A stretch of 51,673 bases of DNA from Chitinophagaceae bacterium (GTDB lineage: Bacteria; Bacteroidota; Bacteroidia; Chitinophagales; Chitinophagaceae). The notes beneath the pieces were generated by a model. It saw only the letters and a list, made by a program, of their open reading frames with translations. It had not been told where the DNA came from and searched no databases. Positions 35,840-46,414 of this stretch are shown piece by piece. The position numbers and the translations under genes are program-made. The stretch spans positions 1-51,673 of the forward strand of contig JBEBIF010000001.1 of assembly GCA_040080515.1 (NCBI GenBank), in the 5' to 3' direction. Position 1 is the first letter of the stretch. Every line of letters starts with the position of its first letter.

Positions 35840-38668
35840 ATGGCTCTAAGTTCAAGGGAAATGGAACTAACCATACGCTTTATAGATCAGGCGTCTGGAA
35901 CTGTAGCAGAGATCAGTCAGAGTTTAAGAACTTTGACTGAAACCTCCAATAATAGCTCTTATAGTCTGCTAGCTGCTGGTTATGCCTTAAGGCAAGCTGG
36001 CGATTTAATGGCAAATGCTGGTAAGGCTGGTTTAGAATACTTTAACGATGCTACAGACATGGCTTCAGAGTATGATAAGCAGGCTAGGCTTGCTCTTACT
36101 CAGGCTAAAGACACTGGAGTGTCACTACAAGAACTTAAGACTATAGGTGATGATGTTGGTAGGTCTATCCCTGTAGCTCTAGAAGATATACAGCCTACAC
36201 TGTTTGATATCTTCTCCACAGTTAAGACTGATGGTGCTGGCGCCAAGCTTATGCTTGAGCAGTTTGCTGAGGCGGCTGTAGCTGGTAATGCTGATATCCA
36301 GGATGTAGCTAGAATTACACTTGCTGAACTTAATGCATTTGGTTTAGGTGCAGAAGATGTATCTAGACTTCTGGATATTCAGTTCCAGATGGTTAAGTAT
36401 GGTGTAGGTACATATGATCAGTTTGCCAGTAGTATGGGTCTATCCATTCCTACTGCTAAGGCTGCTGGGCAGAGTGTAGAAACTCTGTCTGGCTCTTTGG
36501 CATTCTTGACACGTAATGGTCTGAGCGTAGCTAGTGCTACAGCTTCAGTGGGTAGAGCATTCGAGCTTCTATATAGTAAGAAGGGCCAAGAGGGTCTTAA
36601 GAAGCTTGGCATAGATATACGTGACGCTAATGGCGATGTTAAGCAAATGGGTGACATTGTTACTGAGCTAGCTGTAAATAAGGGATGGGCTCAGCTAGAT
36701 GAGGCTCAGCGTAAGCTGGTATTCCAGGAGACATTTGGTCAGGGTACTATCCAGGCTCGTAGATTCTTTGACGTAGCTATTCCAAACTATGAGCAATTGA
36801 ATGAGATAACTGGAGAGATGACCAACTCCACTGGTGCTATGGCTGAAGCCTTTGCTACCATGATGGATGGATCAGCGGCTAAGTCTGCACTGTTAAGAAA
36901 TCAATATGAGCTGATGAAGCGTGAGGTTGGGGATCAGCTCATTCCCGCCAAGATAAAGCTCATGGAAATCCTCATGAAACTTATTAGGGCATGGGAAGAT
37001 CTAGATCCACACTTGAGATCTATTATAGTTAAGGTAGCTGTTGTAGCTGCTGCATTCCTAGCGGTAGTCGGTCCTATTATTGCATTTGTTGGCACTATCA
37101 TGATGATAGTTGCTGGATTCAGTGCATTGGGACTTAGCTTTGCTACCTTAGGAGCTATAGTTGGTGGTATAATTCTAGCATTTGTTGCACTTGCTGCTGT
37201 AGGCTATACAATCTACACCTATTGGACTCCACTGAGTAATTTGTTCACACAAGTAAAGCTAGGTCTACAAGCATTCTGGACTACGCTTAATGATATCACT
37301 GGAGAAGGCGTTACAGATAATGGCTTTGTGGGATTCATGCAAGGCATCGCTGTAACTCTAAGGGACACAGTCATTCCGGCCCTAAAGCAAGCATGGGACA
37401 TATTTAAATCGTTTGCTGTATGGTTTGGTAGTGGTGCATTTGATGTCGCATCTGTAGCATTCAATGCTATAGTTACTGCTATACAATTTGTATGGGGTAT
37501 AGCTCAGAATATCTATAACTGGTTTATAACTGAGTTTGGCCCAGGATTCATACGCATATTTAATAGTGTTAGAGACAATGTAGCTCCTGTCCTTGATGAG
37601 ATAGGACAGACCGTACAGAAACTCATGGATGCGTTTGCTCCTTTGCTGGCTTTTATTCAGTTTATGTGGGATAGTATAGCAGCGAGGTTTAGTCAGGCAG
37701 TAGACGAAGCCTCACTCTATATGGACTATCTTAAGAGGACAATAATAGATAATGGGCTAAAGGCTATATCTGATATAGCTATGGATATACTAATGATGTT
37801 GGCTCAATTTATTGAGAATAATTTTAATATGGTTAAGAATATGGCAGTGGATATATGGAACTTTATATCTAGAGCCATATCTGACGCTATAGCTATCATG
37901 AGCAATAACATTCAATTGTTCTTAAATATCCTGCAAGGCGACTGGCAAGGCGCTTGGAACAATATACTTAACATAATACGTAGTGTATGGGATCTGATAG
38001 GCGCAGTAATTAGACTGGGTTGGGAAACTATAAAGAACCTATTTACTGCCGGAATACAGAATGTCTTAACTGCTGCTATATACTTCGTCAAAGCATTTTT
38101 GGATCTGGGCTCCGCTATGTTGGGAGCATTTATAAATGGTATGGGTGCTGCGAGGTTTGATACGTGGATAACACTACAATGGATATTTAGATATATGCTA
38201 GAGCAAGCATTTGGGTTCATAATAGGATTTGTTAATGTGGGTAAGCAAATAGTACAAGGTATGATCAATGGCATTTATTCTATGAAGGATGCCATGTATA
38301 ATGCTGCTAAGAGTGTGGCTCAGAGCGCTATGAGTGCTGTGAAGAGCATCCTACATATAAGCTCTCCATCTGGAGTGTTTATGGAATATGGCAGGATGAC
38401 AGTTCTAGGCTTTGAGGAAGGTCTTAAGAATCAGCTCAACACTGGTGGTATAGACGACTACCTAGGTAGTTTGAACCCTCAGTTCAACGTAAACAACCTT
38501 ACCTCAGGTGTGCAAACTCAGTCTCAGCCAGATCTAGAAATGATGACCAATAGGATTGTAGCTGCAATCCAGGGGATCAAGCCTCTTAATGTAGAGGAAT
38601 TGAATTTAGGTGGAAATAAGGAAGAGCCTGTTGACTTCTGGACTAAGGTTACTTACTCAGGTGTATAA
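35840..38668 (+). CDS. Tape measure protein
   Basis: TP901-type core, hydrophobic segment, periodic W/F repeats, LHISSPSGVF. Confidence 0.95.
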   Translation: MALSSREMELTIRFIDQASGTVAEISQSLRTLTETSNNSSYSLLAAGYALRQAGDLMANAGKAGLEYFNDATDMASEYDKQARLALTQAKDTGVSLQELKTIGDDVGRSIPVALEDIQPTLFDIFSTVKTDGAGAKLMLEQFAEAAVAGNADIQDVARITLAELNAFGLGAEDVSRLLDIQFQMVKYGVGTYDQFASSMGLSIPTAKAAGQSVETLSGSLAFLTRNGLSVASATASVGRAFELLYSKKGQEGLKKLGIDIRDANGDVKQMGDIVTELAVNKGWAQLDEAQRKLVFQETFGQGTIQARRFFDVAIPNYEQLNEITGEMTNSTGAMAEAFATMMDGSAAKSALLRNQYELMKREVGDQLIPAKIKLMEILMKLIRAWEDLDPHLRSIIVKVAVVAAAFLAVVGPIIAFVGTIMMIVAGFSALGLSFATLGAIVGGIILAFVALAAVGYTIYTYWTPLSNLFTQVKLGLQAFWTTLNDITGEGVTDNGFVGFMQGIAVTLRDTVIPALKQAWDIFKSFAVWFGSGAFDVASVAFNAIVTAIQFVWGIAQNIYNWFITEFGPGFIRIFNSVRDNVAPVLDEIGQTVQKLMDAFAPLLAFIQFMWDSIAARFSQAVDEASLYMDYLKRTIIDNGLKAISDIAMDILMMLAQFIENNFNMVKNMAVDIWNFISRAISDAIAIMSNNIQLFLNILQGDWQGAWNNILNIIRSVWDLIGAVIRLGWETIKNLFTAGIQNVLTAAIYFVKAFLDLGSAMLGAFINGMGAARFDTWITLQWIFRYMLEQAFGFIIGFVNVGKQIVQGMINGIYSMKDAMYNAAKSVAQSAMSAVKSILHISSPSGVFMEYGRMTVLGFEEGLKNQLNTGGIDDYLGSLNPQFNVNNLTSGVQTQSQPDLEMMTNRIVAAIQGIKPLNVEELNLGGNKEEPVDFWTKVTYSGV

Positions 38669-39483
38669 TGGTCGCTGGTGATCTTATAACTGAAGCATAT
38701 CAGATCGAATACAACGGTCTGTTGGTTGGTGCTAACACTAACTATGATATGCGTCTTATCAACAACATGACTGGGCATGATACACGTTCAGATACTGTTG
38801 ATAGATTCGGTGCTCATGGTGGTGTAGCAGGCAGGCATTATGCTAAGTTTAAGAATTTCTCTATAGAAGGCAACTTTGTAACTAGCACAGCAACTGATGC
38901 ACAAACTAAACGACAAGCTTTAGGCTTAGCATTTAAACCTATAGTAGCATCAGATGATGGATTACCGCTGTGTCTGCTATTGCCAGGTCCAGGATCACTT
39001 ATAGTAAAGATGGTGGTTAGACCTACCAAGTTTGAATGTGATATCACTAGAGATATGGCGGTAGGCTATCCTAGCTGGAAGGTATTTCTAGAAGCGGTAG
39101 ACCCTACCTTATACAATAGAATTTCTACATCACAAGGCTTTACAATGCCTAGTGATACTAGAGTCATTACTAATAATGGTAACGCTCCAGCTAAATGGAC
39201 AGCTAGATTAACTGGTATATGCAGTAATCCTATTCTAACTAATAATAACACAGGTCAAGTCATCAGCTTCTACAACTTGACTATAGGAGCAAATGATATT
39301 CTTACGTTTGATTCTGGCACAAGCACTGTAAAGCTCAATGGGACTCCGTCGTCTGGATCTTTGCAGACTGGATTCTCATGGTGGGATATGGAACCTGGGA
39401 ACAATTCTATATCTATCTCAGCTAGTAGCGTTAGTGGAGGCAGTTTTAGTCTCACTACTAGCGATGCATACTGGATTCCTTAA
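38668..39483 (+). CDS. Distal tail protein (Dit-like)
   Basis: Follows TMP; A-x-DP-x-x-Y, N-x-GN-x-PA, PG-x-N-x-I. Confidence 0.8.
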   Translation: MVAGDLITEAYQIEYNGLLVGANTNYDMRLINNMTGHDTRSDTVDRFGAHGGVAGRHYAKFKNFSIEGNFVTSTATDAQTKRQALGLAFKPIVASDDGLPLCLLLPGPGSLIVKMVVRPTKFECDITRDMAVGYPSWKVFLEAVDPTLYNRISTSQGFTMPSDTRVITNNGNAPAKWTARLTGICSNPILTNNNTGQVISFYNLTIGANDILTFDSGTSTVKLNGTPSSGSLQTGFSWWDMEPGNNSISISASSVSGGSFSLTTSDAYWIP

Positions 39484-39491
39484 GGAGTGAA

Positions 39492-40217
39492 GTGGCAAGT
39501 GTAGGAGTACTACATACTACAGAGACTACTGATTTCGAGAATACTAAAAGGGGATTGATACGGGATGGATATGAGCCACATTGGCTTATAGACCCCACTC
39601 CTGGTATAGTACGGGTCGAGCGAATGCTCCCTGATAGCGTCATCGGTAGAGCGCTTCAGCATCTAAAGGGCGATCCAGAAACTAATGCTCGTGGTGGTGG
39701 AGTAATACAAATAGAGGTTATGGGCAAGGCTGAGAATGTACCTAATTACTCTGATGGTTGGTTCACGAGTTTCGCTGAGATCCTTCATAAGATCTGTACC
39801 GATTCAAATATTCCTATCGAATTCCCATGTGGGTGGGTACCATACCCTAAAAGCTATGGGTATAGGGCATCCCAGCGTCTTTCCTGGAGTGAATGGTCCT
39901 TAGTTAAAGGTATCATTGGGCATCAGCACGTACCGGGTAACCATCATGGAGATCCTGGTGATGTTAGCCGTTTAGTGGTAGCAATGCAACAGCTAATAGA
40001 ATCTATGCAGGAGGATATTATGGTATGGTCTCTAGCTCAGCTTGGCCCTACAATGAATAGTGTAGATGAGATCTATATAGGTAGTAAGCGCAAGGCTATT
40101 CCTACTTTGCCGGAACGTGATGCATGGCGTAAAGATCTCACTAAGCGGCTTAGGGCAGGAGAAGATCCTACAGCAACGCTTGAATATATTGCGTATGCCC
40201 TGTCTGAGGAAAAGTAG
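39492..40217 (+). CDS. Endolysin, N-acetylmuramoyl-L-alanine amidase (Amidase_2-like)
   Basis: VLHTTE, PH, IQIEV, GHQHVP-x-N-x-HGDPG Zn ligands. Confidence 0.88.
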   Translation: MASVGVLHTTETTDFENTKRGLIRDGYEPHWLIDPTPGIVRVERMLPDSVIGRALQHLKGDPETNARGGGVIQIEVMGKAENVPNYSDGWFTSFAEILHKICTDSNIPIEFPCGWVPYPKSYGYRASQRLSWSEWSLVKGIIGHQHVPGNHHGDPGDVSRLVVAMQQLIESMQEDIMVWSLAQLGPTMNSVDEIYIGSKRKAIPTLPERDAWRKDLTKRLRAGEDPTATLEYIAYALSEEK

Positions 40218-40223
40218 TATCTA

Positions 40224-40937
40224 ATGACTGGTGCCTCAGTATTGAATACTATGGGGAGTATATATACTCCCGTAGTGAGCGAGTCCAAGTTCAAAGCTTG
40301 GATGTCTTCTGCTGAGGAACGTTTGCGTACACTTGAAACACAGCAACGGCTATTTAATGCATCTGTAAAGGGTGGTGCTATAGTTGCCTATACAGATAAT
40401 CTTGTGCAGATTGTCCGTATGGGTAGAATTGGATATAGCAGTGCGAGCGTGCCAATAATATCAGATGGATTTGCAGTATCGGATGATGCGGGAACGTCAT
40501 TCCATTTCTTGATGGATAGCCATCGTGGCTGGGTTGTTCCTAGCATGCCTATCACGTTTGTTAAGGAAGATAACTTCGCTGTAAATTCAGCATTAGGGCC
40601 GTTATCGGCATGGAAAGCTACTATAACTATTCTATCTGACGTGTTAGTAGTACGTGTGGTAGCGTATCCAGATTCTGGAATAGTCGGAACTATATGGCTT
40701 GACATAGACTCTGGTCCGGATACTAATCACGCTACAATTAGTACTGGAGGAGGGCAGCTTGTAGAATTCCTATGGGATATAAGTAGCTTTGGTTATGCTT
40801 ATGGATCAGTGCATATATTGCGTCTATGGGGAGACATTACATCCGGTTCAGGTAACATGCTAATAGTTAACCCTGATCTATGTGCATTTGGTATCCTTGA
40901 GGACTTTCCTGCTGCCGATGCGAATGGTAACGTATGA
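40224..40937 (+). CDS. Minor tail protein
   Basis: N-terminal coiled coil ERLRTLE followed by a beta-rich region. Confidence 0.6.
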   Translation: MTGASVLNTMGSIYTPVVSESKFKAWMSSAEERLRTLETQQRLFNASVKGGAIVAYTDNLVQIVRMGRIGYSSASVPIISDGFAVSDDAGTSFHFLMDSHRGWVVPSMPITFVKEDNFAVNSALGPLSAWKATITILSDVLVVRVVAYPDSGIVGTIWLDIDSGPDTNHATISTGGGQLVEFLWDISSFGYAYGSVHILRLWGDITSGSGNMLIVNPDLCAFGILEDFPAADANGNV

Positions 40938-43900
40938 GTGGTTCATTCGATCCTTCTGCTATATATGCTGAAGGGTTCAATTACACAGCGGGTCCAGCAT
41001 CTGCTATTTCAGCTATTACTAATGTATGGAGTCTATATGATTCTGTAGGTAATGCTGGAAATGGTTTCCGTAAGCCAGCTCAGATCACTATAGCTAATGA
41101 AGCTACGGCGCCATCTGGAGATGGTAAAGTATTACGTATCACTTCTCAGAATGTTAGTGGCCAACATTGGTCTGGGGGTATGCAGCTCAATATCCCTATG
41201 TCATATGGACAAGTTGAGCTACGTGTACGTGTAAGTGGTGATAGTACAGCAGGTACTCCTACTGGTGTTACATCTGGCGTAGTATTATTCTGGCCCCAAT
41301 CTAATATCTGGCCTAATGGCGGTGAGATAGATTGGTGGGAAAGCTATGACCATAGGGATACTAGAGTTCCAGCCGAAACGAATATTCACTGGAATCCATC
41401 TAATCCCTCTGTAGATCTTCTAGCAGTGCAACATTTGCACACTGGTATATCTCAGATACAATGGCATAAGGTTGTAGGTTCCTGGACTCCTGATCGAGTC
41501 TGGATGAATATTGACGATGGCCCTGATGTTCTTATCACGGACGATCCACTCAATATTCCCAATCAAGCTATGCAGTTGGCTATTCAGCTTGACGCGTGGT
41601 CTTCTACTCCACCTACTAGCCCTGTTACAATGGACGTGGATTATATTATCCTACGTTCGTGGGTTCCTCCCACAGGAATTAGTGGTGTTGAGGATAGTAA
41701 TAGAGGACAGTATGAGGTCCTAGTTACTAATTTGCTCAGTGGAGAGATCATCTCTACTGTTGAAATGAACGACATGTATTGGGAGAAGATTTATCAAGGA
41801 CCAGGATCATTCTATGGGACAGTACGATTTGACAATCCTACTAGCACTGCTACTAATTTTAGGGATTATACCAATGGGATCTGGGTCGTCAAAGATGGAG
41901 TAATCAAATGGGGTGGTATCCAAGGTAGGGTACAGAGACGTGGAGAAACTAGATCCATCTCTGTTCCTGCTATAGGATTCCTAGACTATTTGAATGAGCG
42001 TATCCTACGTAATGCTCAGGGCATGACGTATGGTACGATTCAACGTGTCACCGATATTGAATGGAACAACATAGACGTATTCCGCATCTATAAAGATTGT
42101 GTGGATCATCTACAATCATTTGAGGACGGGAACTTACATCTAGGTGTTGTGTGGGATGCACTTAGTGGCTATACTACTAGGCTAATCTATCCAACGTTTG
42201 CTGCTAAGCGTATAGGTCCGTTGTTACTCCAGCTAGCTAATCGAGGTGATACTGGATTTGATATTCTACAGACGTATCGTTGGGAGAATGGCCAGCCTAG
42301 ATGTGATATCAAGCTTATAGCACCGCAGCTAAATAATGTTAGCGATCAGATGCTGCTATTCCAGCTTGATAGATTGCAGGTTGCTAATGTTTCAGCGGGT
42401 AATGCTGTGTCTTTGCCTGGTAATGCTGGTGGTCGTCTCACAAGTTCTACTCAATATACCGACCAAAGCTTATCATCCCTGGCAACTCCATATACTGATC
42501 CTGTTACAAATAATCCTGTGTATAGGCTTACTACTGATGGAGCTAACAACTCACTTAGCAACATCCTAGGCGATTCCACTGGATATGATCCATGGTCCAG
42601 AACATCTACTAAGTTTCTATATACACAGTATTCTCCTACTGATTCAACTAGGCGTGGAATCTATATCTATGATATAGTCGCTGGGGCAAGCTATCCAGTT
42701 TGTACTACAGATAGCCCGTACTCATTCCCGATCTTCTCTCATGATGAGGATAAAATATATTTCCTCAAGGGAATGTTAGGAACTAATACGGGTGCTGGCA
42801 GTAAGCCTATAAAGCTATATTCAGCTCCTGTACCCAATACCCCTGATTATGGAGCTATTGCGTCTATAGATACTAGTACTTTAGAGCTAGATATTGTAGC
42901 TTTAGCTGAGGCTAGTTCGTTTGTATTGAGTGACGTAAGATGCTTGAGTAAGAACGTAGCATCTCAGTCCCAATCAAGGTATATAGGTTTCCAAGCTAAG
43001 ACTGCTAGTGGCTGGATGTCACTGGTTAAGAACGCAGTTGGTGGGTTTGTGACGGGGTGGGCATTTACATCCCCGAATAGCCATCACACTGCTACAGACA
43101 TGACTATGTTATGGTCAGATCATAGTTCTGACCTTCTATATGCATGTAGGGCTACTAGTACAAGTAATCATACGGTCATTAGATCCGTATGGAATGTAGC
43201 AGCAGTTACAGCAGCGTATAGCCCTGCTACAACTGGTGGAGCTGTCCTAGTTGAGGATTCAGCATGGGCATATCATCTGCGTTCAGATACAGAATTGCAT
43301 GTAGGTAAGAACTCTAATCCCTGGTCAAGAACAGCAGGGACAGGTACTATCAACTCCGCAAAGGGAACAACCTTCTCCGCTTTGCATATGGATCTGGATA
43401 AAGCCTCTGTTGGTTTCGACCTCAAGGATGTGAGAGTAGCAGCTACAGAGTACGATTCTACCTCCGGTGCAATAAATCTGGTATACTTGTTCCCTATAGG
43501 TGATTTCAATGTAGGGAATGCAGATAGTGAGATTACAGACTGGACAACTATACGTGCAAATAGAAGGTTGTGCGGTCATAGAGGTACTAATACTTTCACT
43601 GGTAATCTATTAAGATTTACACCTTATCCGTTCATTAGTCCGAACGGTAAGTATATCATATTCAATTCAGATAGTCAGACGAGCATAGGTGGATTTACAT
43701 ATCCTAGCCCTGCTGGTTCTAATAATGGTACTGTTGCTTACACTGATCTATATCTAGTTAAGGCTAGGCAAAGTACTTCTACAATCAGAGACGTAGAGAT
43801 TGTATTTGAAGCTACAGCTCCTGACTGGACTCCTTCAGCTAATCAGTGCATAGCTAGTGTTTGGGGAAGCTCTGGTAATCGTGGATGGAGAGCATTCTTA

Positions 43901-44101
43901 CTCACTAACGGTAAGATCCGATTTGAGTGGTCTACAGACGGTACAGCTACAGTTAGTGCTGATTCTACAAATGCTGTAACGTTCACAAATGGCCAGGCAG
44001 GTACTATCAAGATAGTGTTTGATGTAAACAACGGATCGAGCAACTTTGTTGCTAGGTTCTGGCAATCCACCGATGGTGGAGTGACTTGGACTACACTGTA
44101 A
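40934..44101 (+). CDS. Tail tip/hub protein, N part: GH16-like domain, hub N-half, beta-propeller, most of a LamG-like domain
   Basis: WP-x-GGEIDWWE GH16 motif; hub pattern (G.F.G...WGGI); TolB-like blades (PIFSHD, PFISPNGKYIIFNSD); DWTP...W-x-STDG-x-x-W. Confidence 0.75.
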   Translation: MSGSFDPSAIYAEGFNYTAGPASAISAITNVWSLYDSVGNAGNGFRKPAQITIANEATAPSGDGKVLRITSQNVSGQHWSGGMQLNIPMSYGQVELRVRVSGDSTAGTPTGVTSGVVLFWPQSNIWPNGGEIDWWESYDHRDTRVPAETNIHWNPSNPSVDLLAVQHLHTGISQIQWHKVVGSWTPDRVWMNIDDGPDVLITDDPLNIPNQAMQLAIQLDAWSSTPPTSPVTMDVDYIILRSWVPPTGISGVEDSNRGQYEVLVTNLLSGEIISTVEMNDMYWEKIYQGPGSFYGTVRFDNPTSTATNFRDYTNGIWVVKDGVIKWGGIQGRVQRRGETRSISVPAIGFLDYLNERILRNAQGMTYGTIQRVTDIEWNNIDVFRIYKDCVDHLQSFEDGNLHLGVVWDALSGYTTRLIYPTFAAKRIGPLLLQLANRGDTGFDILQTYRWENGQPRCDIKLIAPQLNNVSDQMLLFQLDRLQVANVSAGNAVSLPGNAGGRLTSSTQYTDQSLSSLATPYTDPVTNNPVYRLTTDGANNSLSNILGDSTGYDPWSRTSTKFLYTQYSPTDSTRRGIYIYDIVAGASYPVCTTDSPYSFPIFSHDEDKIYFLKGMLGTNTGAGSKPIKLYSAPVPNTPDYGAIASIDTSTLELDIVALAEASSFVLSDVRCLSKNVASQSQSRYIGFQAKTASGWMSLVKNAVGGFVTGWAFTSPNSHHTATDMTMLWSDHSSDLLYACRATSTSNHTVIRSVWNVAAVTAAYSPATTGGAVLVEDSAWAYHLRSDTELHVGKNSNPWSRTAGTGTINSAKGTTFSALHMDLDKASVGFDLKDVRVAATEYDSTSGAINLVYLFPIGDFNVGNADSEITDWTTIRANRRLCGHRGTNTFTGNLLRFTPYPFISPNGKYIIFNSDSQTSIGGFTYPSPAGSNNGTVAYTDLYLVKARQSTSTIRDVEIVFEATAPDWTPSANQCIASVWGSSGNRGWRAFLLTNGKIRFEWSTDGTATVSADSTNAVTFTNGQAGTIKIVFDVNNGSSNFVARFWQSTDGGVTWTTL

Positions 44102-45622
44102 ATGGCTACTACAACTATATTCAACAGTACAGCTCCTAAGGAAGTTGGAGCAGATACTAACGGTACAGCTAATAACTTTGCTGGTACAGTTAGATACTGT
44201 AAGGTACTGTACAATAGTGAAGTAGTGTTCGATATGGACGCTAGAGCTGTGTCACCTGAGCTTACTCATATAAATGACTCAGTTCAGAATACCTTTGAGT
44301 TAACTGGTAGTGCTGCCATTGTAACAGATAGGGTAGGTGGTGAGTACTCCAGCCGTAAGGCTATGAGTAGGACCGCTAATATCCTGAACTACGATAATGA
44401 TGGTTCAGACCAGCCTATTACCGGTATAATGGTAATCGGTCAGGGTGAAGGTAATGACCAGGCAATGGTTTATGTTCAGAATACAAGGGGTAAGATCCCC
44501 TTGTACGAAGATAATATGTCTATTAAGGATCAGCTAGATACAGACGTATTAACACAGTTAGGTCAGATGCAGCTCAGTGCTAACAGTACTGCAAATAGCG
44601 GGTACACACTATCCATAGATCCCAATATGGACCCTAAGTATGATGACCTAGAAGTAGGTATGCTCATACGTATGGTTATCAATCATGGATTCACTCAGGA
44701 AGATGGATTCTATGCTATTGGTAGGTTGAGAAACAATCCTACTAAGCAGGGTACAGATCAAGTATCTATGGAGGTGTTCCCAGCTCTTGATCTTAGAATG
44801 TCTACTTCAGCTATTTATAATAAATTGTCTGATGCACAGATTCTATTCTTCTCTGATATGGAAATCTCTACAGGTGAGAGTTCCACTCGATACATGAAGG
44901 AATGGGCTGCTAATCAAACTCCTGGAACTAATGCTGATACCTCCCTGAGCTATGGCTTCTGGGGGCCGCACGTAGATTCTGGAGTCATTCCGTATAGGGA
45001 TGCTGATTATCATTTCGTTCAGGACTCTATAGCTGTAAGTGGTCAGTGTATAGCTAGATTGCAGATCGGTAACGCCTATTCAGCTAGTGACCATGGTGCA
45101 CTACTATGGCGCTATCTAAATAAGGATGGGGGTAACTTCCCGGCTGATGCATACTACTCATACTGGACTAGATTCCCACAAGCTATCCATATAGATTCCG
45201 GTGGGTTTAGTAGTAATGTGCAGATATTCCGCACAGCTCCTACTGGTGGGCCACTAGCTACAATTGCAGCAGCTTACTATAATGGAGTAGATAGTACGTT
45301 CAGGTGGTACTTCCACCTAGACGGAATAGCTAGTTATAATCTCACTCAAGTTGGTGGTACTCCACACGTTGTCCCAGTTGGTGACTGGGTACATATAGAA
45401 ATGCGCTTCAAGCGAGATACTACATCTGGAGGTATCTGGCAAGTTTGGGCTAATGGAGTACAGATACTGAATTACTCTGGTCAGACTGCCAATAGTGGTG
45501 CTACGCAACATGCATTCAGCATAGGTAACTACGGCACTAAGCTAATTCCAGACAATCCTATTGTCGAGTACGATGACGTACTGATAAGTACGGTCCCTGT
45601 TCATTCTCTTATATTCACATGA
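44102..45622 (+). CDS. Tail tip/hub protein, C part: end of LamG-like domain, hub C-half, polysaccharide-lyase-like jelly roll
   Basis: In frame with the previous ORF after TAA; VIGQGEG hub motif; GDWVHIEM...QVWANG...YDDV-x-IS. Confidence 0.7.
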   Translation: MATTTIFNSTAPKEVGADTNGTANNFAGTVRYCKVLYNSEVVFDMDARAVSPELTHINDSVQNTFELTGSAAIVTDRVGGEYSSRKAMSRTANILNYDNDGSDQPITGIMVIGQGEGNDQAMVYVQNTRGKIPLYEDNMSIKDQLDTDVLTQLGQMQLSANSTANSGYTLSIDPNMDPKYDDLEVGMLIRMVINHGFTQEDGFYAIGRLRNNPTKQGTDQVSMEVFPALDLRMSTSAIYNKLSDAQILFFSDMEISTGESSTRYMKEWAANQTPGTNADTSLSYGFWGPHVDSGVIPYRDADYHFVQDSIAVSGQCIARLQIGNAYSASDHGALLWRYLNKDGGNFPADAYYSYWTRFPQAIHIDSGGFSSNVQIFRTAPTGGPLATIAAAYYNGVDSTFRWYFHLDGIASYNLTQVGGTPHVVPVGDWVHIEMRFKRDTTSGGIWQVWANGVQILNYSGQTANSGATQHAFSIGNYGTKLIPDNPIVEYDDVLISTVPVHSLIFT

Positions 45623-45628
45623 GGCAAA

Positions 45629-46051
45629 ATGCTTCATATAATCCTATTAGGCAACGATGTTCAAACTCAGCTTATTGTTACTGTAGGCGCTGTAGCTGTG
45701 GCACTTATAGGTGCTATGGTAGCGGTTATCAGTAACAAGAAGACGGGTACAAAGATAGAGGGGAACACGCATACCATTAATACAAATACCAGTGCCATAA
45801 ATACTATTGAGGACAAGATCGGTAAGCCTAATGGGCACGGTAGTCTAACTCATATGATGGAAGAGATCCTCAGTATAGCTGTTGATACTTCCAGAAGAGT
45901 TACTCGTTTAGAGGAACGTAGTAGAAGTAACTCTAAGCGTATGGGCGAAATAAACTCCCACGTAGAAGCTCTAGATGGGAGAATGGAAAGTATCCTAGTT
46001 GAAGTTCAGAGAGGACATGATGAGTCCGGTGTCACCACTACTGAAGATTAA
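45629..46051 (+). CDS. Membrane-anchored coiled-coil protein (lysis accessory/holin-like)
   Basis: One N-terminal TM helix, then heptads. Confidence 0.55.
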   Translation: MLHIILLGNDVQTQLIVTVGAVAVALIGAMVAVISNKKTGTKIEGNTHTINTNTSAINTIEDKIGKPNGHGSLTHMMEEILSIAVDTSRRVTRLEERSRSNSKRMGEINSHVEALDGRMESILVEVQRGHDESGVTTTED

Positions 46052-46289
46052 GATCCTTGCGAGTAGATTGCTTGGCTATCTTATCGCTGCTCAGACTATA
46101 TTGGCGCTGATTATAGGTAGTGGTCATCTTGACTCATTCCCTGAGATACTGCGCTATGGTCTTCTAGTTCTGTCAGGCATTGGTATAACCATAGGTATAT
46201 TGCGTCAGGTAGCCCCGATCCCTGCTGATCAGCCTAAGGGGATTATCGAGGCTCATACGGCTACGGTGCTCACTACGCCTACCTCATAG
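46017..46289 (+). CDS. Putative holin (two TM helices)
   Basis: GAGG RBS; two hydrophobic segments followed by RQVAP. Confidence 0.6.
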   Translation: MMSPVSPLLKIKILASRLLGYLIAAQTILALIIGSGHLDSFPEILRYGLLVLSGIGITIGILRQVAPIPADQPKGIIEAHTATVLTTPTS

Positions 46290-46358
46290 TACTCCACTAT
46301 AAGTAGCAGTGTTCCCCTGCGTATCCTGCTGGCTGTCAGGATAATCTTATACGTGGTA

Positions 46359-46412
46359 GTGGGATGGTATCTAGGCTGGTCTTTTACTCCTGCCACCTAG
46401 ATACCATCCCAC
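46359..46412. terminator. Long hairpin between the convergent genome arms (bidirectional terminator)
   Basis: 17-bp perfect stem gtgggatggtatctagg / cctagataccatcccac. Confidence 0.75.
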
Positions 46413-46414
46413 GT

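Noticed and set aside
44099-44101. Genome-wide stop-codon reassignment
   Set aside because: Long genes are intact in the standard code, TAA ends many genes and there is no suppressor tRNA
20372-45838. Numerous antisense and alternate-frame ORFs within the structural genes
   Set aside because: Shadows of real genes, with no RBS or recognisable motifs
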